Positions 57,152 to 64,000 of a stretch of DNA of 64,000 nt are shown here, one piece after another. Made by a program: the position numbers and the translations under genes. This DNA is from Octopus vulgaris. Its lineage: Eukaryota. Positions within the stretch are counted from its first letter, which is position 1; each line of letters starts with the position of its first letter. The notes below the pieces were generated by a model. The model was given only the letters and a program-made list of their open reading frames with translations. It did not search any database and was not told the DNA's origin. The stretch covers positions 30,256,001-30,320,000 of the forward strand of contig OX597831.1 in NCBI GenBank assembly GCA_951406725.2, written 5' to 3'.

Positions 57152-57256
57152 CTGAAATAGTGAGGGCGAGTGAGAAAGAGAGAGAGAAACAGAGAAGGCT
57201 GAAATAGTGAGGGTGAGTGACAAATGGAGAGAGAAAGAGAGAGAGAGAGAGAGAAG
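56938..57256. repeat. (GA)n with higher-order 138-bp duplication
   Basis: aggctgaaatagtgaggg starts at 57011, 57058, 57149 and 57196. Confidence 0.93.
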
Positions 57257-58019
57257 ATAGGTACACATAAACAAGTATATTTTCTGTGTATGTTACAGTG
57301 TACATGTAAGCGAGGGAGGGGTATTTTTTTGTCAATTTCTTCTCAATTAATATTGGTTACATTCACTGTATTTGATGGCATACAAAGCCCAAGGCTGTGT
57401 ATGATTCCCCGCTAATTCCAGCAGAGAATATTAAAAAGAATTTCTAATATATTACAACATTTAATGTTGATTGAAATATGTAGCTACAGCAGAGAAGAAA
57501 AATGGATAAAACAAGCAGCGATGACAACAAGAAAAAAATCTTTTTTAGTTATAATATGGCTGTAATTTACAAGCAAAACTAGAAAGAAAAGCAGCTTTGC
57601 TGAAGTAGAAAACATTTTCTAAGAAGCAGCTACATGTAGAGATGAAAATGCAAGTAAATTAGGACATCAAACGAGGAGAGTCATTTAAAGTGAAAATATC
57701 ACACACGAACACAAGAGAAAGACAAAAGCACATTAGCTGTAACAGAAAAAGAATTTGCAGAAAGAATGTTACCAGTAAAATTGAACATAAAGCAGGAAAC
57801 CAGAGAAAAAGAATAGCCATTTACATTGGAAATATTATATCGTAGATGAATACTAGACTGAAACATTATGAAAGAAATCGAAATGAACTTAGAATAGCAG
57901 AAAGCATTTTATAAGAGATCAATCTACCAATACAGATGATCGTGAACAAAGACATAATAAGTAGTTTGGAAAACTAATAGTGTTCTCTAAGAAAAAATAA
58001 CAAATTTAATCTACTTCGA

Positions 58020-58425
58020 AGCTTATGTAATTCTATTGTTGTCTTCATAATCTGCTGGTATTTACTGCGCAATGGATAATTGTGTACGCATACATAAAAC
58101 CTGTCTTTTCATGAAAGATACCACAAGCCTTCTGGGCAAAATCTTAATTCCTTGTTCTCTTAATCTCCTGGTCTCATTGATTATTATTTCGGAAAATACA
58201 CAATTCTTAGTATTGCCCTCGTTTATCACCCAGGTCTTTTTTAACTCCTCAAATTCTATGACTAGTATAGAGAGGAACAACAAAAGATTCTGTTTACTAC
58301 TTTTAGCAGGGTGTAACTGTAGCTCTAGCTTTCTCAATTTCCAGATAATTTTAGATGTATGCATGTATTGTCAAAACGTTCGGTCGCTATTTGGCAAATT
58401 GTGACTACATTTACTTTCTAGGCAA
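58020..58425 (-). mobile_element. pogo/Tigger-type transposase relic (CENP-B HTH region)
   Basis: EFEELKKTWVINE...IIINETRRL...FMKRQVLCMRTQLSIAQ*IPADYED matches the pogo HTH-to-DDE linker. Confidence 0.75.
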
Positions 58426-58481
58426 ATAAATCAAGTTCAGCCCTTTCCTCTTGTAATCATAATATTGAGGGTAAAATAACT

Positions 58482-58804
58482 GGCACTTCGTCGGTTACGA
58501 CGACGGGTGTTTCAGTTGATCTGATCAATGAAACAGCCTGCTCGTAAACTTAGTGTGTAAATGGCTGAACACTCCACAGACAAGCTTAGCCTTAACGTAC
58601 TTCACAAGGAAATTCAGCGTGACACAGAATGTGACAAGGCTGGCCCCTTTGAAATACAACTAAATCTCATGTTTGCCAGGTGAGTGACCTGGAGCAACTT
58701 GAACTAAAGTGTCTTGTTCAAGGACACAACGTGCGACCGTGTATCGAACTCACAACCTTACGATCGTGAGCCAGATACACATACCACCAAGCTACGCGCC
58801 TTCA
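58482..58804 (-). mobile_element. SINE family D, tail x
   Basis: Aligns with 39298-39617. Confidence 0.88.
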
Positions 58805-59509
58805 TGAGGGTAAAATACTCCATCGTCATTACCATTTGTGTGTAATCTCGGTGTCATATTTATTGTGCAAAATTTCTAATGATTGGGCTCGTTGGTTCAT
58901 TACCATAATGTCGTAGGACTGGGGGGAAGGCACATTGCATTCTTGAGCAATGCGCACTTTATTTTACATTGCTCTAGTACACTCAGCTGAAACTAAATAT
59001 GAACCGAATACTGGTGAATCTCTGTCACATGATGTGTCGCTGGATCAAATGATGAGAGAATGGAGAGAGTGTTAATGTCTGCTCGCGACTACATAGGCAC
59101 CTAAAACAATTAGCAAGACCACAGTACATATCATCAAGACATACTCATTTAGGGATGTTCTCTGGCTATTAGTAAAATCCCGTACTCGATAGATGTCACG
59201 TAGACAAACTGGCAACGGGTCGTGTATAATGATAGATGGCGGCGAGGCCTCTGAACCACACAGTGGTTATGTACACTGCTTAGGTTCTTCACGGTTATCG
59301 CCCTAATTTCAGTTTTCTTTCTAACATAATAGTCGTTTCCATCGACAACCAATATTGTATATATGGTAATTAGGAAAGAAATAAAGACCAGCACATTATG
59401 TAAGAGCTCAGAAAGACAATTTCCGTTTAGATTTTAAAAACTTGGGAGTTCAATAAAGATATCAGTTACAAGACAGATTTAATTTATAAAAGGATACTTA
59501 CATTTCTAA

Positions 59510-59685
<176 letters not shown>

Positions 59686-59686
<1 letters not shown>

Positions 59687-60435
59687 TAGAGACGAGGGCA
59701 TATTGAAAGCAGAAAAAAAGGAAATAACAAACAAGTAGATCAACGACATGAATAACACTCCGCAAGAAGGGGTGAGACAATCAATTCCATGTAACCACAA
59801 CTGAAGTTGCTGGAGAATATAGGTATTACACGTTGAAGAAAGGTACACTGAAAAAAGAAACCGAGGACGCTATACTGGCAGCGCAAGACTAATCTTAGCC
59901 ATAAAATGGAGGGTCGACCTTCGGAACGAGCAAATGCCTCCATTGTATCGTATCTGTAATAGAGGGGACGAAACCATTACTAATATCTTGAGCGAATTCT
60001 CTCGACTTGCCCAAAACCAATAGAAATTGCGGCGAAACGATGAAGTAGCGAAAGTAATGCATTGGAAACTGTGTGAAAAGTGGGGTTTGAGAGAGGCAAA
60101 TCACTAAGTGCGGAGGAGTTGGGGACCTGTAACATCCTGTGGGACTTACCAATCTAAAAATACCAGCTTGTTTAAGGACAACAGGTTGGACCTAGTGGTG
60201 GTAGATAAAGTAAATTACATGTGCTCTGTGATTGATGCTGCGTACCGATTAGACCCATGAATAATTAAGAACAATAATTAAAAGAAATATAGACATATAC
60301 AATGCTCTTAAATACGAGAATACCTCGACTGAAAAGTTTAAAATGTGTAGATAGCGTCAATTATTGTTGGTCTTTGGAAGGCATCAAGAGAAGTAGAAAG
60401 GAAATGGAAACAAAGTGCCCAGTAGAGCTGTTGCA
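59686..60435 (+). mobile_element. R4/Dong-like RLE LINE fragment, decayed
   Basis: LKKETEDAILAAQD, CIVSV/ETITNILSE, VAKVMHWKLCEKWG, ILWD. Confidence 0.8.
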
Positions 60436-60439
60436 AAAA

Positions 60440-61228
60440 AAATTTTCAGTTTGAGCTTCATTGTCATGAGCAAATCATTATCATTGTTGGCATACGCATG
60501 AGGGAAAGTCCTAGTCCTAGCTTTGTTGATGTTGGACTTGTTGATGTATGAGTATGAAGTCAACTTAGTTGTAAGTCCTGCCGCTGTGAGCCTGTCATGT
60601 TTTCGCGAGGTTTTGTGTGGGAATAGTTTGTTAGTTGGTTCAGATTGTGCTTGCTAGCAAATCCTTTGAGTCGCAGTCCACGATCTTTGGTTTATCTGAT
60701 CCCGAATCGTCCCACTGTTCCAGACCATTTATCATATGCATCCGGGCCTGCTTTGGCCTTCAAGACTCATAGGAAAATGAGGACGTTTTTTAGGAGTTGC
60801 CTTGGTGATTCTCTTCAGGTTCTCATAGAATTCTTCAGCGACATCATTATATTCAAGTGTTGGAGCATAGATTTGTGTGATGATAATATTCTGTAGTTTT
60901 TAATGGGGTGAGTTGGCAGTTTCGATAGCACGCAGGGCAAAATGCTTTGCGGTATTTCGTCCGTGTTTACGTCCTGAGTTCAAATGCCACCGGAGTCGAT
61001 TTTGCCGTCCATACTTTTGGAGTCGATAAAATAAGTACCAGTTGATCACTGGTGTTGATGCAATCAACTTATCCCCTCCCCCGAAACTGCTAGCCTTGTG
61101 CCAAAAATTGAAATCAATATTCTGTGGCCTTTCAGCCACACGTATAGAGATGAGCCTGCTGGATACTGGTATACAGCTGATATATGAATTTACTCTGGCT
61201 TTGTTAGGATAAAGGATGTATACCACCA
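60440..61228 (-). mobile_element. RTE-clade LINE endonuclease fragment, interrupted by SINE A
   Basis: ISCIPVSSRLISIRVAERPQN | QIYAPT...WSGTVGRFG...DRGLRL. Confidence 0.8.
60900..61120 (+). mobile_element. SINE family A nested in RTE fragment
   Basis: Flanking direct repeat AATATTCTGT at 60885-60894 and 61116-61125. Confidence 0.88.
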
Positions 61229-61400
61229 CAGCTCCCTCTCCAAAGCCATTCTTCAGGACACACCTGAGGGAGGGCAAAAGAGAGGCAGACAAATAAAATC
61301 TTGGGTCGACAGCATGAAGAACTGGACTGGTCACAACAAGCGAACATAGTAGGCATACTAGAGACCAGGGACTGACTATTAAAGTGTTATAAAAGACTGT
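61229..61400 (+). mobile_element. RTE-clade LINE C-terminal fragment
   Basis: SKAILQDTPEGGQKRGRQIKSWVDSMKNWTG. Confidence 0.8.
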
Positions 61401-61559
61401 ATCAGATGTCAGGGAGCACTTTCTTTAACGGTACAGAGTACTTAGCCGGAATTTTAGGGGTACAGCATTTGATTCTCCGTGGTGGCTGTTTGGCCACTTT
61501 TTTCCGTTTTCAAAGAGAATTTACCCGATCTTCTAAGCTGTTCTCATATCTTTTCTCCG

Positions 61560-62005
61560 TCCGAGATTACCTGTATTTTCTGTAATATACCAACTCATTC
61601 TGTGCTTCAAAGATGATTGTGTATAAAAATATATGCATTCAAACTGTGACAACAAGTACTTTGTGTGTACATGATGCTGTTGCTGTTAGTGAACATTTTT
61701 ATCATCGATTCAAATTCGTCACTGTTGCTGAAAGTGTCAAACTAAGAAGAAATTGAAAAGGCGTTAAAAGGCTTCATCAAATTCAAAGAAAATCATCTGA
61801 AAAACTTATCAACGATTACAATCCTTTACTGCTTTTAATATGGCAGGAAAATGTTGACTGTCAGTATATGGGAGTAAAGAGTATGATATTGACCAGATAT
61901 GTGACTTACTAACAAACAAAGGCTGAGAAAAAAGAAGCTGAAGGTGTTTGGGAAAATTTGGATCAAAATAAATTTCTGAATTTGTCCATCAAAGAGTGTG
62001 AGCAC
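61560..62005 (+). mobile_element. Helitron/Helentron Rep (Y2 motif) relic
   Basis: EKLINDYNPLLLLIWQENVDCQY...RYVTY*QTKAE matches the YNPxLLxxWxxNxDxQ...YxxxYxxK motif. Confidence 0.75.
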
Positions 62006-62477
62006 TTTTTTTGTTTTTATATTTTGTTTGCTATTTTTTAAAAATTTAAAGTTAACGTAATTTGATTACAAAATTCCTCGTTAAGCTAATTCTGTCTTCA
62101 TTTTTAGCATTACTAGAATGCAAAATATAAAGAGTATGTATAATTAATTATAAAATAGAAGCATTGACTGGATAAATGCTCTGGAATGTAAAACGCGGGC
62201 ACAGAGAGCTACAATACTCCGAAGTATGGAATCTAGAGAAGTACAGGAGAAGCAGTAATAAAGCCAGGAAAAGTACAGGATAAGAAGAAAAAAAAATATT
62301 GCTGATGAAATTAGAATTTAGAAACTAAAATAAATGTCCTATTATATGTTTTATTTTTACATAAACGTTTAAATTAAAATACTCAAGAAGCTATCTATTT
62401 TCAATTATAGTGAAAAGACTAATTGCCTATAAGTTTCCACATTAAAAATTTATTATTTCAAATTTAGTGCTACCTAT

Positions 62478-62516
<39 letters not shown>

Positions 62517-62685
62517 AAACCAACAAATAGCAATTTAAGCAAAATTGATTATGTATTATAACCCCTAAATTTTTTTAAACAGCTAGAGAATAATTTCTGA
62601 ATTTTGCTCTCAAATTATTCATTAGCTTTTTTTGAAATATTCTTCTGACTGTAAGTAGAAAATACATAATTTGTTATGTGATATA

Positions 62686-62811
<126 letters not shown>

Positions 62812-62823
62812 TATGCAAATATA

Positions 62824-63220
62824 GGCGCAGGAGTGGTTGTGTGGTAAGTATCTTGCTTACCAACCATATGTTTCAGGGTTCAGTTCCATTGTGTGGCACC
62901 TTGGGCAAGTGTATTCTCCTATAACCTGGGGCCTTGTGAGTGGATTTGGTAGAGGGAAACGGAAAAGAAGCCGTTGTATATATGTATGCATATGTGTGTG
63001 TGTGTGTCTTTGTGTGTGTGTAAATGTTTGTGTGTTTGTGTTTGTCTCTCCACATCGCTTGACAACTGATGCTGGTTTGTTTCCGTCCCCGTAACATAGC
63101 GGTTCGGCGAAAAAGACCGATAGTATAATAAGTACTAGGCTTACAAAGAATAAGTCCTGGGTTCGATTTGCTTGACTAAAGGCGGTGCTAGAGCATGGCC
63201 GCAGTCAAATGAGTGAAACA
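62824..63220 (+). mobile_element. SINE family B
   Basis: High similarity to 19404-19815. Confidence 0.92.
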
Positions 63221-63710
63221 TAATACATTTTTAAACCACCGAAAATTTGGTACGACTTAGAGTTACTCCCTTCATCTAGACCGCCGGTGATAACTAATCG
63301 TAAAATATATACAAATTGAATACAAACGTGCGGAAAAAATGTGCTTAATTATACTAGGAACCCCGCACCTAAATAATACTCACCCCGCCCTAATTACCCG
63401 ACGAAACTAACCAGTCTACCACAATCAAACCTCTACCCAGCGAATGTACCAGCGCAAGAACAACATTTAATGTAAGACTTACTACATTTGTTTATATTAC
63501 CATCACATATGTATCAATTATATTCGCATCCTAACCAATTCATCTATCTATATTCGCATTCTGAAGAGAGATTTACTTAAATCAGTAAATCGAAACGATC
63601 GTAAATGCTACCTTCATTTCTGCTTCATCCTTCTTTGTTATCTAATTTGAACTAAAGGCATACCAGCGAAAACCACGAGTTTCCAATTGTTATTATATCC
63701 ATTTTCCTCT

Positions 63711-63758
<48 letters not shown>

Positions 63759-63759
63759 T

Positions 63760-64000
63760 ACCGGAGTAAGCACATAAATGTGAAACAAGGTGGAAAAAAG
63801 AGTACTCAAATACCAGAGGTAGAGTAATATGCTTTATTAAAAAGCAGCAGAAATATAACAAAAGCTGTTACTCGGAGATTCACGTTCCCGTCGTCGGACA
63901 GTTTTGTTAAACTCCGAGTAACAGCCTTTGTTATATTTCTGCTCCCTTCTCTGGATCTTTCCTTCTTCTATGTTTTCGATGAAGAGCTCCGCTCGAAACG
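63760..64000. mobile_element. Penelope pLTR-like relic with foldback and two hammerhead-like motifs, truncated by the window end
   Basis: 32-bp inverted arms 63846-63877 / 63912-63943; minus-strand CCGACGA...GAAT-C-TCCGA-GTA; plus-strand cgatgaagagctccgctcgaaacg at the end. Confidence 0.65.

Noticed and set aside
57011-57215. Four spaced identical 18-mers resembling a CRISPR array
   Set aside because: The spacers are themselves duplicated GA-rich sequence, the context is eukaryotic and there are no cas genes.

Overview
AT-rich eukaryotic DNA, saturated with microsatellites and retroposons. The SINE families and repeat density suggest an Octopus (coleoid cephalopod) genome; this is inference, not a database result. 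The whole window appears to lie inside one minus-strand gene for a Ca2+/calmodulin-type transmembrane adenylyl cyclase (ADCY1/rutabaga-like). Three phase-compatible coding exons are visible: 46103-45962 (end of catalytic C1a), 27218-27045 (C1b calmodulin-binding segment) and 1614-1574, separated by introns of 18,743 and 25,430 bp. The introns hold four tRNA-headed SINE families with swapped modules. They also hold decayed non-LTR fragments (R4/Dong-like, HERO-like, Tx1, RTE, Penelope), DNA-transposon relics (pogo, hAT MITE, a 9-bp-TSD MITE, Helitrons) and several hammerhead-ribozyme motifs, some in foldback palindromes. Nearly all ORFs in the supplied track are microsatellite artefacts. I found no demonstrably new biological system. 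The best leads are a SINE sharing its 3' tail with a Tx1 LINE, the hammerhead foldback mini-elements, and the in-frame skippable calmodulin-binding exon.
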